Shown here: positions 46,491-54,619 of the stretch, piece by piece | Layout of the letters: every line of letters starts with the position of its first letter | How positions within the stretch are numbered: the first letter of the stretch is position 1 | From: a virus | Lineage: Duplodnaviria; Caudoviricetes | Strand: one strand, 5' to 3' | DNA: 54,619 nt | IMG/VR virus record: IMGVR_UViG_3300042317_000583 | Location: 1-54,619 of that record | Notes under the pieces: model-generated | What the model saw: only the letters and a program-made list of their open reading frames with translations | What the model was told of the DNA's origin: nothing | Databases searched by the model: none | Position numbers and translations under genes: made by a program

Positions 46491-47595
46491 GCTTCCTCCT
46501 TTGCCATGCCCGCTTGTATTTGAGGTTCTGTGGTGCCGTCTCAAAGTTCTTGAGCTTGATGTGCTCCCAGTCGTTCGTCAGGATCGACGCGATGTGCAGC
46601 CGGTAGATGGCGTCCCCCATCTCCGAATACATCTCGTCGTGGCGGGCGAATCGCTTCTTGAATCCTTCTTTCCACTCGTCGTTCCCAATCAGCTTGTCGA
46701 GCAGGAAGTCTCGGTACTCCCTCCAGCCGGAGAACATGTACGGCAGGCCGCCTCCGAAGTAATCGGCCGCGCCGAGCTTGCCCGCCATGTCGATGCCGGC
46801 GATCCTCTGTGTCAATTTCTGGTACGTCTCGCCCTCAATTTCCTGAAGGTAGAACAGCGAGTGAACCGCGGTTTCGTGGTGCACGTTGCTGACCCGCATC
46901 TTCTGCACCGGGATGCCGTACTGGTGCATGGCGTCGTACAGCTTGTTGTACGACCAGCCGTTGTTGTGAATGGCCTTCCACACGTCCATGTACGACCAGT
47001 CGTAGATCGGGTACATGGTGTAATGGTTCCGCTTCTTGTCGAGGATCGTCCCCCACGTCTCGCCGCAGAACGCCTCGCTCTGCGTCAGCCCCATGTACCG
47101 ACCCGGGCTCTCCTCCGCCCGCACACCTGCGATGTAGCAGGTCGGCGTGTCTGGGTATTCCTTCTTGATGATGGCGGAGAACATTTTGGAGAACCGGTCG
47201 GTGCCGTAGACGTTCTCATGCACCGAGTACGTCTCCCGGGGACGCATCCACCGCTCCTCATCCTCCGGGTTCCAGCACTGGAGCCAATGCTCGACGGTGC
47301 TTGTGGCGTTGAACAGCCTGATCGGCATTTGGTACCACTTCGGCTCCACCTCCGGGTTCTCCATGATCTCCCGGATGGTGTCGATCGTTGACTGCCACTC
47401 GGCTTCCTGATCCACGAACAGGCACTTGAGCGGGAGCCGGCCCTTCTCCCGGGCGACGGCGAGTGCAAGGTTGTAGACGACGGTGCTATCCTTGCCGCCG
47501 CTCACGCCGACGATGATGTTCGGGAACTTGTCAAACAGCCAGCGAACTCGGTCCATGGCTGCTTCGTGCACGGTCTTGGGAAGGTAGATTTTCAC
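46462..47595 (-). CDS. PAPS-reductase-family (IbrA/DUF3440-like) protein
   Basis: SGGKDS PP-loop, DQEAE, GVRAEES..R, YPIYDW..DVW, YN.LYD, MRVS. Confidence 0.85.
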   Translation of the reverse strand: MKIYLPKTVHEAAMDRVRWLFDKFPNIIVGVSGGKDSTVVYNLALAVAREKGRLPLKCLFVDQEAEWQSTIDTIREIMENPEVEPKWYQMPIRLFNATSTVEHWLQCWNPEDEERWMRPRETYSVHENVYGTDRFSKMFSAIIKKEYPDTPTCYIAGVRAEESPGRYMGLTQSEAFCGETWGTILDKKRNHYTMYPIYDWSYMDVWKAIHNNGWSYNKLYDAMHQYGIPVQKMRVSNVHHETAVHSLFYLQEIEGETYQKLTQRIAGIDMAGKLGAADYFGGGLPYMFSGWREYRDFLLDKLIGNDEWKEGFKKRFARHDEMYSEMGDAIYRLHIASILTNDWEHIKLKNFETAPQNLKYKRAWQRRKRERAASNQG

Positions 47596-48161
47596 TTGCC
47601 CTCCAGCCAGTTGCCGATGGCACCGATGCACTCGGCGTTGTAGTCACTGACGACAAAACGCTTCCCTGCATCGGCGAACACCTTGGCCGAGCGGCCGTAC
47701 CCGCAGCAGAAATCACCGATGCACCCATAGCTCTGTGACAGCGATGCAAGGATGTCCCATGCGGGGCGACCCGGCTCCCACGGCTGAATATCGCCGTACA
47801 CGATAGCCATGGCCGGAGCCCCATTGAGCTTTGTGGGCAGCACGAACCGGGGTTGGGGGAGGAGCGGGACTGCTCGCTTGCCAGCGACGATCACGACCGG
47901 AACGGAGAGCCCGCGGATGATCTCTGCAACTCGGGCCATGAATGTTGAGTAAGTCCGGCCGTCCTCAACATTTGCCCGTTTGTCGAACTCGGCGAAGCCG
48001 TCCTTCCACGGCAGGTCCGTGTAGAACACGTCGCAGCCATCAAACTCGGGCGGCAGACGGGACGACGACATGAGGTCGTGAGCCATGGCGACCGACTGCC
48101 CAGCCGAGACATACTGCCTCGGCGTGTGCTTCAGTGCAGCGTGCAGTGCTGAGTGGTACAT
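47592..48161 (-). CDS. Minimal methyltransferase-like protein with a degenerate DLPW motif
   Basis: YTDLPW and DFCCGYG in beta-class order. Confidence 0.65.
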   Translation of the reverse strand: MYHSALHAALKHTPRQYVSAGQSVAMAHDLMSSSRLPPEFDGCDVFYTDLPWKDGFAEFDKRANVEDGRTYSTFMARVAEIIRGLSVPVVIVAGKRAVPLLPQPRFVLPTKLNGAPAMAIVYGDIQPWEPGRPAWDILASLSQSYGCIGDFCCGYGRSAKVFADAGKRFVVSDYNAECIGAIGNWLEGK

Positions 48162-48775
48162 CACCCTGCCGACTTCTTTAGGAAGGCGATTGTCTTTGAC
48201 AGCCGCTTCTCGTTGAACTCGTTGCCCCGGAAACGCATGCCGGCAGCGACCGCCGCCCGTGCCGTGTATCCCATGCCGCAGCATGGATCGCAGCAGAGCC
48301 CGCCCTCGACCGCTACGCTCTTGACGGCCTGCACCACCATCGGGAGGCCAATGGCCCCGGAGAGCGAAACTCTCGCGACGTAGGATGGCGATGTGCCGCC
48401 GTAGACGACTGAGCTCTCCAGAATCTTGCTGCCGGAGCGGTACTTGACCCGTTCAATCTTGATGTTGTGCAGGACGGCACTGAGGGCGGAGGCCAGTTCG
48501 TCCTCCCACTTCACCCCTGTCTCCACGAACGCGAACCCGTCCACGTACCTGCCGATCAGGGAGACGAACCGGGCCTGAAGCTCCGCGTACGTCAGCGGGC
48601 GGAAGTCTCGTCCGGTGTGCCGCTTGTTGACGGTCACCCAGTACCGCAGGTTGCCCGTGCCCCACGGCGGGTCGGAGTAGAGAACCTTGATCTTCTCGCC
48701 GGACAGGAGCGAATCAACGACAGGATCATCAACGCTTGCGCACGTCACTGCGTGCGGGCCGATGTGCTGTATCAC
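48161..48775 (-). CDS. Minimal N6/N4-type DNA methyltransferase-like protein
   Basis: YSDPPW and DPCCGMG..A.AA...G..F.GNE in beta-class order. Confidence 0.75.
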   Translation of the reverse strand: MIQHIGPHAVTCASVDDPVVDSLLSGEKIKVLYSDPPWGTGNLRYWVTVNKRHTGRDFRPLTYAELQARFVSLIGRYVDGFAFVETGVKWEDELASALSAVLHNIKIERVKYRSGSKILESSVVYGGTSPSYVARVSLSGAIGLPMVVQAVKSVAVEGGLCCDPCCGMGYTARAAVAAGMRFRGNEFNEKRLSKTIAFLKKSAG

Positions 48776-49061
48776 CAGAATCCTCCTTGATCTCAGCCCG
48801 GTTGATCAGAATTGTCTGATCCAGCGGGCTTCCCATCGTCCAGTACGTGAATCCATCCACGTCCAGATATTTGTATTCCCTGCCGCCGAACTTCTTGGCG
48901 TATCCGCGACGGCGGATTTCCATGACGAAGTTCTCAAACTGTTTTTCGTCCGACGCACGACGCCGCAGCGCATACCAGTGCGGCGTCTTGGGCATCGTCT
49001 TTGCAAATGTCCATGTATTAAGAGCGATAAACTCGCGTATTTCTTGGTCAGTCACGCGCAT
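48729..49061 (-). CDS. Conserved hypothetical protein
   Basis: WTFAKTMP..PHWY, YWTMG....TILINR. Confidence 0.65.
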   Translation of the reverse strand: MRVTDQEIREFIALNTWTFAKTMPKTPHWYALRRRASDEKQFENFVMEIRRRGYAKKFGGREYKYLDVDGFTYWTMGSPLDQTILINRAEIKEDSGDTAHRPARSDVRKR

Positions 49062-49243
49062 GCACCACAAGCGGGAGGAGTGTTTGTCGCACCGTAAACA
49101 CCGTACAGCGAATCTTACGGAGCGTTTTCCGAGAGGAAAGACCCCCCCACCAAAACCTCCGGCGGCGCGAGCATGAGGTAAGCACGGGGTTTACTCCTGA
49201 GTTGAGGTCCGCGATAGCGATGCCCCCACCCCCTCACCGTTTG

Positions 49244-49555
49244 TTATCTATCGCTTCTTGTTTCCTCCTCGGTCTTCCTGCCATGGCACGCTGAACATAA
49301 GCACTGACCATTCAATAGGTCGTACCTGCTGCCGCCTCGCGAGACAGGCACGATGTGGTCGGCGTGTGCTTCGCCCTTGCCCCCGCACACTCGCTTGCAG
49401 ACCCGGCACTCCCAGCAGTCTCTTGCCAGCACAGCCTTCCTCCACGCCCGGTGCCGCGAGTCGCAGTACCCTCTTGCCGCAGCGTTGGGTCGACGTTCGA
49501 CGCGGCCTGCCTTGGGGGCTTGTGCCGGCCGGTGCATGGGAACCTTGTAGGGCAT
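49244..49555 (-). CDS. Packaging-associated HNH endonuclease
   Basis: CRVC, ADHIVP..RGG, NGQCLC..CH..KT. Confidence 0.9.
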   Translation of the reverse strand: MPYKVPMHRPAQAPKAGRVERRPNAAARGYCDSRHRAWRKAVLARDCWECRVCKRVCGGKGEAHADHIVPVSRGGSRYDLLNGQCLCSACHGRKTEEETRSDR

Positions 49556-49866
49556 CAGTTCGTTGCCGTGTCCTTGGGCCTCACCATCAGTACCGACTTG
49601 ATTTCCCGCTGCCCGTTCGCCAGCTCTTGCATCGTCTCGGCCTGCTGTTCCTGTGTGTGCCCTATTTCCTTGAGCGTCTCCTGCGTTGTCTCCAGAAACT
49701 TGGTATGTGCTGTCACGACCGGGACGACGACCGTCGAGTGCACCGACACTGCCACGTCCCTCGCCATCCACAGGACTGCGACAAGGATCAGCACCGGTAC
49801 CCCGAACCGCTCGGCGAGCCGCAGGAAAAAGTCCAGTGTCCCGACCTGCTTCTCTGAGTCTGTCAT
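49555..49866 (-). CDS. Holin-like membrane protein
   Basis: One TM segment (FGVPVLILVAVLW) plus a coiled coil. Confidence 0.45.
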   Translation of the reverse strand: MTDSEKQVGTLDFFLRLAERFGVPVLILVAVLWMARDVAVSVHSTVVVPVVTAHTKFLETTQETLKEIGHTQEQQAETMQELANGQREIKSVLMVRPKDTATN

Positions 49867-50255
49867 GTAGCCTCCCACCCGCACTGCCGGCGAAGCTCAC
49901 CCACGTCGAGCCGCCCGGAGAACCACCGCGACAGTAGGTACCTGACAATGGCCTCGACCGCCCACGCCAGCACTACCGACATAAACACGAACCCGTAGTT
50001 GTTGTCCTTCTGCATGCCGTGGTCCCGCAGGTACCCTGACATGACCTGAGCCTCCAGCAGCTTCTTGCGATCCTGCACGCCCTGCGACTTGGCGGAGAGT
50101 GCCGAGAGCTCCGCATCGGGGAAATGAGCACACGCTCGCATGAGCAGTTCCGCACACCGCTTCTTCCCCAGCACTGCCCGTCGGCAGAGCGACGGACGCA
50201 ACGCCTTCCAGCAGTCGTCAATGAGTTCGTCCAGCGTCACTTGGTTTTCTGGCAT
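49863..50255 (-). CDS. Hypothetical protein with a C-terminal hydrophobic helix
   Basis: YGFVFMSVVLAWAV. Confidence 0.55.
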   Translation of the reverse strand: MPENQVTLDELIDDCWKALRPSLCRRAVLGKKRCAELLMRACAHFPDAELSALSAKSQGVQDRKKLLEAQVMSGYLRDHGMQKDNNYGFVFMSVVLAWAVEAIVRYLLSRWFSGRLDVGELRRQCGWEAT

Positions 50256-50527
50256 GATCCGTCCTTGCACTTGCATTTGCACGTCGGCGGGCATGGGCAC
50301 GGCACCCACGCGATTCCGTCCCCGCTCCGCACCTTCCCGTTGACGCACTTCTGGCAGCACTTATCCGTGGCGGGAGGCCCGGGGCTGAACGTTCTCCGGG
50401 CACGCACCGTCTCGTACGCCGTGCGTGCGGCAATCTCTGCCGTCACCTCTGGAGAGTTAGCCGGTTGAACGCGGCACCCGTCAAACCACATCAGCGAGAG
50501 GGCCGTCACCAGCGTCGCCGTTTTCAT
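50237..50527 (-). CDS. Cys-rich secreted or lipoprotein-like protein
   Basis: Signal-like N-terminus, DGC; CCQKC..G....GDG....CPC...CKC. Confidence 0.6.
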   Translation of the reverse strand: MKTATLVTALSLMWFDGCRVQPANSPEVTAEIAARTAYETVRARRTFSPGPPATDKCCQKCVNGKVRSGDGIAWVPCPCPPTCKCKCKDGSCQKTK

Positions 50528-51441
50528 AGCCAGCCCCCGGTCCAGTTTGGCAGCTGCGTTGGAGAGAATCCGGTGTACCCCGCAAGTGCGTAGCTATCGT
50601 CGCCAGCGACCAGACGGTCAATCACGTCGGCATCGACCCAGCCTCCGCTCCGCTGAAACTGCACCGGCAGTGCCGTGTCAACCGTGCCCTCGTAGCAGTC
50701 GCCCCATGAGTTCTCTACGAACGCCCCGGGGCGGTCGCCGAACCGCACGCCGCAGATCATTTGGCAATGAGCCCATGACCCGGACTGACGCAGCCAGCCG
50801 TCGCGCAGGTTCATGTTGAAGCCGAGCCCGCTGCACACTGCCACCGGGTACCCATTGCTGATGGCCTTCGCCACGTCCTTAAAATCTTGGACGAGCGTGA
50901 CTTCGCCAACCTTGTGTCGAGCGGCAAACGGCTCCAGCGCGTCGGGCACACCGTTGCGTCCCCAGTCCCGTTCCAGCGACCCGGGGGAGCGGTCAAACAC
51001 CTTGCCGTCGTAACTCTGCCCGCAGTGCAGCGTGCCGTACTTCGTCACTGCCTTGGCGGCCGCGGCTCCGTAGCTGCCGTCCCCGCCGTTGTTTGCTTTC
51101 TGGCCCCGAGCCTCAACGCGGCTAAACCCGTATGTGCCTGCTTCAAGCACCCGGCCGCCGAACGACTCGCGTTCTCCTCGCAGCAAAATGTCACATGCCG
51201 CCAGTACGTCGCATGAAAGACTCCAGCCCCAGCCAACGCAGGAGCCGATCTCCTGCCTGCCTCGTTGCCAGTGCGGGTTCACTTTCAGCAGGTAATGCCC
51301 GAGGAACACGTCGTGCTGCGCCACCTCAAGGGCTGGCCCAGCGTCCGCCATCGTCGGTTTCGCCAGCGACGAGACGAACTTGCTTTGTGCTTTCGGGTCG
51401 GATTCGTACCCGAACAATGGCGTGAACTCTGCCATGTTCAC
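50524..51441 (-). CDS. Papain-like (C1-type) cysteine peptidase
   Basis: QEIGSCVGW, WAHC, ENSWG. Confidence 0.8.
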   Translation of the reverse strand: MNMAEFTPLFGYESDPKAQSKFVSSLAKPTMADAGPALEVAQHDVFLGHYLLKVNPHWQRGRQEIGSCVGWGWSLSCDVLAACDILLRGERESFGGRVLEAGTYGFSRVEARGQKANNGGDGSYGAAAAKAVTKYGTLHCGQSYDGKVFDRSPGSLERDWGRNGVPDALEPFAARHKVGEVTLVQDFKDVAKAISNGYPVAVCSGLGFNMNLRDGWLRQSGSWAHCQMICGVRFGDRPGAFVENSWGDCYEGTVDTALPVQFQRSGGWVDADVIDRLVAGDDSYALAGYTGFSPTQLPNWTGGWL

Positions 51442-51932
51442 CCCTTGTTAATGCCGGCCCATGCCAGCGACTTCGCGGCCTTGATGTACGCCTTGCGGAG
51501 TTCGGGCGTCACCGCCACGTCATCCTTGCCCAGCACTGCCGGGTCGGCCAGAAAAGCCTCGGTCGCTTCCCGCAGGCCGACGTACTTGCCCGGGGCATTG
51601 CCCGCGATGCGGTTCCACGCGATGTCAAAGCAGATGACGGTAAATGCCCGCAGTGATTTCGTGTCGGTCAGGATCACGTCATTCCCGTACTGCCCAACCT
51701 CGTCCCCGGCAACGACGCCTGCCGCCTTTTCCCATACCTCCGCCCACAAAGCCCGGTCCACGGCCGACGCTTGCCGCAGTGCCGCGGCGACCGGGGCCAG
51801 CTTCCCCGTGCTGTCCGCCGCCGGCGAGTCATGCTCAGGCGAGGGGGCAGGGGAGTGCTGCTTGTCAATTCCGTAAATGGCAAACCAGACGAGAACCACG
51901 GCGGCACCGATTCGCAGGATGTGGGCAGTCAT
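51438..51932 (-). CDS. Membrane-anchored hypothetical protein
   Basis: N-terminal TM, Pro-rich linker. Confidence 0.6.
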   Translation of the reverse strand: MTAHILRIGAAVVLVWFAIYGIDKQHSPAPSPEHDSPAADSTGKLAPVAAALRQASAVDRALWAEVWEKAAGVVAGDEVGQYGNDVILTDTKSLRAFTVICFDIAWNRIAGNAPGKYVGLREATEAFLADPAVLGKDDVAVTPELRKAYIKAAKSLAWAGINKG

Positions 51933-51933
51933 T

Positions 51934-52239
51934 TCAGGCCTTCGGCTGCTTGAGCATTTGGTCAATGAGTTGCTGACAGAGCTTGACGGCCTCCGCCTTA
52001 CCCTGTGCCTGCAGCTTGGCCGCAAGCTCCAGCACGGTGTGCATGTCTGCTTCGCCGGGGGGCGAGATGTCCGGGATCAGGTTCTCCACCTGCTCGGCGA
52101 GTGCCGGGAACGCCTTCTTGACTTCAGCCTCTACAAACGACATTACCCACGACAGGAGCCAACGCCCCACGATTCGCAGCGTAGGTGAGACGACGAGCGC
52201 GACGGCCACGCCTACCATTGCCATTTGAACGAGCGTCAT
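51934..52239 (-). CDS. Membrane protein
   Basis: Hydrophobic N-terminus. Confidence 0.6.
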   Translation of the reverse strand: MTLVQMAMVGVAVALVVSPTLRIVGRWLLSWVMSFVEAEVKKAFPALAEQVENLIPDISPPGEADMHTVLELAAKLQAQGKAEAVKLCQQLIDQMLKQPKA

Positions 52240-52508
52240 TGAATTGCCTCTGCCTTCTGAACGGCCCAGCGGATAAATTGCTCGCCCTGCGGCGTACGCA
52301 ACAGTTCGGTGACAAGTCGCACGGCCTCATCGTCCAGCCCGGTCTTGCTTTTGCTGGCCAGCCACTCGGCCCCGTCGGCGATCAGCATGGCCCGCTTGTA
52401 CGTGTCCTGCTCGCCCAGCACCCGGCGGCCGAGCGTGACGAGCGGCCAATACTCATGCACAAGCCTCACCTGCTCGACGATGTTCGCCTGCGATTCTTGC
52501 ATCCCCAT
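52236..52508 (-). CDS. Hypothetical protein
   Basis: WLASKSKT.LDD.AV motif; ATGA overlap. Confidence 0.6.
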   Translation of the reverse strand: MGMQESQANIVEQVRLVHEYWPLVTLGRRVLGEQDTYKRAMLIADGAEWLASKSKTGLDDEAVRLVTELLRTPQGEQFIRWAVQKAEAIQ

Positions 52509-52537
52509 AGGGTATGCCCGCCGGCGGATACCGTCGC

Positions 52538-52783
52538 TCACGGCTCCTTGTGCGTCGAGTCGCTGACGCACTGGTAAATCAGGTTAAAAACGTCCCGGAT
52601 GACGTGCTGCGGGGACATGGGGTCCGCCCCGTCAGGGAGGGCGAACTTCTCCTTCTCAGCCGTCCTCCCCATGGCATCAAGCAGCGTCAGCACCACTTCT
52701 GTGGAACTGACCGACACGATGAAACGGTGGTGGCCCTCGCTCGACTTCATGCCACGAATTCTACGAGCCTTAGCCTTGCGCAT
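52538..52783 (-). CDS. Hypothetical protein
   Basis: Operon continuity. Confidence 0.55.
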   Translation of the reverse strand: MRKAKARRIRGMKSSEGHHRFIVSVSSTEVVLTLLDAMGRTAEKEKFALPDGADPMSPQHVIRDVFNLIYQCVSDSTHKEP

Positions 52784-53102
52784 CGTCAATGTCTTTCTCG
52801 CGGACGACAGGGAACTCGTACAGTGCTGGCTTAGACACTCGCCGACGCTCCTCCACTTCAGGCGACCACGACATTCTGATAGCCAGCGACCGCTCCGCTA
52901 TCTCCTGCGGCGTAGGGTCTTTGTATGGCTGAGACGGTCGCGCTCTCGTCAGCGGCGTTCTTGGCTGCAGCCCCAGCCGGATGCGGACGCGATTGCATGA
53001 GTCGGCAGCGAGTCCAAGCTCCTCGGAGATGGACGCGACCGGCTTCCCGGCGAGCCACATTTCACGAAAGCGTTTCTCATCAACCTCAATCCGCCTTGGC
53101 AT
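52770..53102 (-). CDS. GcrA-like HTH protein with a DPTPxEIxER motif
   Basis: F.EMW.AG..V..I.EELG; DPTPQEIAERSLAIRMSWS. Confidence 0.6.
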   Translation of the reverse strand: MPRRIEVDEKRFREMWLAGKPVASISEELGLAADSCNRVRIRLGLQPRTPLTRARPSQPYKDPTPQEIAERSLAIRMSWSPEVEERRRVSKPALYEFPVVREKDIDDAQG

Positions 53103-53124
53103 CCTGCCGGCCTTTCGCACGGTA

Positions 53125-53158
53125 GCGGGCCTCCGGCAGCGCACTGCCGGAGGCCCGC
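53125..53158. terminator. Perfect intergenic hairpin
   Basis: GCGGGCCTCCGGCAG-CGCA-CTGCCGGAGGCCCGC. Confidence 0.45.
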
Positions 53159-53181
53159 CGTTCGCGTCAGTCCTGTGTGGC

Positions 53182-53502
53182 CTAGTAGTAGCGGACCACC
53201 GCCACCCAGCCTCGCTTCAGCGGGGACCACGCCACGCCGATGTCTCGGACCCGCCGCTTACCCCAGAAGCAGCAGTTGTGGATCGCGTGCTCGCTCGACA
53301 CGGTGCTGAACCCGATCCCCTCGGTTTGCCCGCCCGCGTTTCGGCAGTGGGCAAAGATTCCCCGTCGAGCCATTTGCTCCGCCGCTTCTTGGGCCGGGAT
53401 GTACGCCGTCGTTGTCGTCTGCTGCACGATCACAACGCCGTCCGCCATGACCGACGCACAGCACGAAACCGCCAGAACAAGCCCGCAAATCACTGATTTC
53501 AT
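53182..53502 (-). CDS. Secreted minimal CAP/SCP-like protein
   Basis: Signal peptide; A...AEQMA..G.FAH...EGIG...GVA.S..GW.AV.RY. Confidence 0.5.
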   Translation of the reverse strand: MKSVICGLVLAVSCCASVMADGVVIVQQTTTTAYIPAQEAAEQMARRGIFAHCRNAGGQTEGIGFSTVSSEHAIHNCCFWGKRRVRDIGVAWSPLKRGWVAVVRYY

Positions 53503-53555
53503 AAGAAATCTCCTTGTCGCCAAAGAACCGCAAGTGCACCACGCACTCGCACCAC

Positions 53556-53729
53556 TCACCTCCGCTCAACGCCCGCGTCATGCCAGTACCCGGGTTCCCC
53601 GCTCTTGCCTCTGACAACCTTGTCCGGCTCGCGTCGGAGCGCAGCCCCGACGAGCAGCCCGATAGAGAACGTCAGTGCTTGCAGGATCACACCCAGCGAC
53701 ACGCACACTGCTTGCTCAACTGTTGACAT
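53556..53729 (-). CDS. 57-aa membrane peptide not in the ORF track
   Basis: MSTVEQAVCVSLGVILQALTFSIGLLVGAALRR...; AGGAGG RBS. Confidence 0.55.
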   Translation of the reverse strand: MSTVEQAVCVSLGVILQALTFSIGLLVGAALRREPDKVVRGKSGEPGYWHDAGVERR

Positions 53730-53816
53730 GGTTCCTCCTGAACTCCGGGCACCCGCACGCCCCGCACGGCAGCGTGTTCTCCTTCTCTGAATTGCACCTG
53801 TTGCAGAACATGCGGA

Positions 53817-54047
53817 TCACCAGTTGGCCTTCGGCCGGCCCTGCCGGCGTGGGTTCTGGAAGTACGCTGCAATCACGTCGAGGTCGCTTTCTTTCCATCC
53901 GCAGTCCCCCGATGCTGTCGTGTACGGTTTCGGTATCACGCCCGTCCTCACCGCGTGCCGCAGTCTGTGCCGGCGCACTCGCAGCCCATGCTGCACCCAC
54001 AGCCACGCCATTACGTCGCTGACGTGCACACCGACTTGCGGCAGCAT
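53817..54047 (-). CDS. Winged-HTH-like protein with a GRPK tail
   Basis: LRHAVRTGVIPKP...W...DL; GRPK. Confidence 0.55.
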   Translation of the reverse strand: MLPQVGVHVSDVMAWLWVQHGLRVRRHRLRHAVRTGVIPKPYTTASGDCGWKESDLDVIAAYFQNPRRQGRPKANW

Positions 54048-54055
54048 CCGTGCCT

Positions 54056-54340
54056 TCACGGCTGCACCAGCGAGAGGAACGCGGCCGCCGCCTCCTTCGA
54101 CGTGACGACGCAGCACGGCGCGCCGCCCTTCTCCATGATCTCCTGCATCTGATGGGCCTGAAGCTTCGTCGGCTTCTTCCCCGGCTGCTTCACCTCCATG
54201 AATGCTGCTGCACCATTTTTGATACACAGCACGTCGGGGAGCCCGACTTGGAACTGGTTGCCGTGGAGCTTCTTGGCCCACCAGCCCAGCCCCGTAGCCG
54301 TCTTGATGATGGACGCGACGATCACTGATTCCCGTGGCAT
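54056..54340 (-). CDS. VRR-NUC domain nuclease
   Basis: GLPDV, FMEVK..G...T.LQ. Confidence 0.88.
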   Translation of the reverse strand: MPRESVIVASIIKTATGLGWWAKKLHGNQFQVGLPDVLCIKNGAAAFMEVKQPGKKPTKLQAHQMQEIMEKGGAPCCVVTSKEAAAAFLSLVQP

Positions 54341-54619
54341 TGCCTTGCCCTTTCCACCGCCGCGCCGCTAAAGCACCGGCGGCAGGTGTTGCATACCCCA
54401 ACAATTGACTCGGACAGATTCAGCATGCAGTCGTCTGCCACTGGGTCCGCCCCCGCCAGCATGTAGCTATCTCGGAAAACGACGGGTGCCATTCCCTCGG
54501 TCGGCGTCTCGCCGCGGTCGCACTGGTACGACCAGAACCACTTCAGTCCGGGTCGAGCGGACTGCCGCATGGCGTCAAGCCGATCCCACGACCCGCGGTC
54601 CACAGACAGGTGGACAAAG
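54322..54619 (-). CDS. Gp88-like protein, 3' part
   Basis: C-terminal C...CNTCRRC cluster; stop overlaps the VRR-NUC start. Confidence 0.7.
   Translation of the reverse strand, partial: FVHLSVDRGSWDRLDAMRQSARPGLKWFWSYQCDRGETPTEGMAPVVFRDSYMLAGADPVADDCMLNLSESIVGVCNTCRRCFSGAAVERARQCHGNQ
54493..54619. repeat. Direct terminal repeat (copy 2)
   Basis: Identical to 1-127. Confidence 0.97.

Noticed and set aside
46462-47595. cysH auxiliary sulfur-metabolism gene or Dnd phosphorothioation system
   Set aside because: Motifs and the IbrB neighbour fit the IbrA/DUF3440 clade; no dndA/D/E or sulfur-assimilation context
53716-53811. 31-aa CxxC...CxxCxC mini-ORF
   Set aside because: Plausible but too short, with no clear RBS, to call from sequence alone

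Overview
A complete, circularly assembled, GC-rich temperate siphovirus-type phage genome. Bases 1-127 repeat exactly at 54493-54619, giving a unit length of 54,492 bp. Almost all genes lie on the minus strand. In transcription order the modules are: (1) a membrane/lysis-like block with a papain-like peptidase but no recognisable peptidoglycan hydrolase; (2) HNH endonuclease; (3) a putative DNA-modification cluster (two minimal methyltransferases, PAPS-reductase/IbrA-like, IbrB-like and two more ParB-N proteins); (4) HK97-type terminase, portal, protease and capsid; (5) a tail with three tandem tail-tube-like paralogues, a -1 frameshifting chaperone and a tape measure; (6) a long modular fibre locus; (7) a metallophosphoesterase and a DUF1599-like gene; (8) a tyrosine integrase (+ strand) next to a tRNA-Met-like 3' fragment (candidate attP); (9) several excisionase-type HTH plus AT-hook regulators; (10) an early region built from four repeated promoter/operator/leader cassettes driving an amidoligase, a class II GATase, a DNA ligase and small genes; (11) a replication block (DUF932, SNF2 helicase, SSB-like, Prim-Pol, UvrD, Gp88-like across the junction, VRR-NUC). 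The most notable signals are the repeated promoter cassettes, a second strand-polarised ATTGTTAnnnT motif, the modification cluster, the amidoligase/GATase/acidic-peptide operon and the apparently daisy-chained fibre genes with a split FN3 domain. A Planctomycetota host is my guess from the look of several proteins and is not shown by the sequence. All family assignments come from motif recognition, not database searches.
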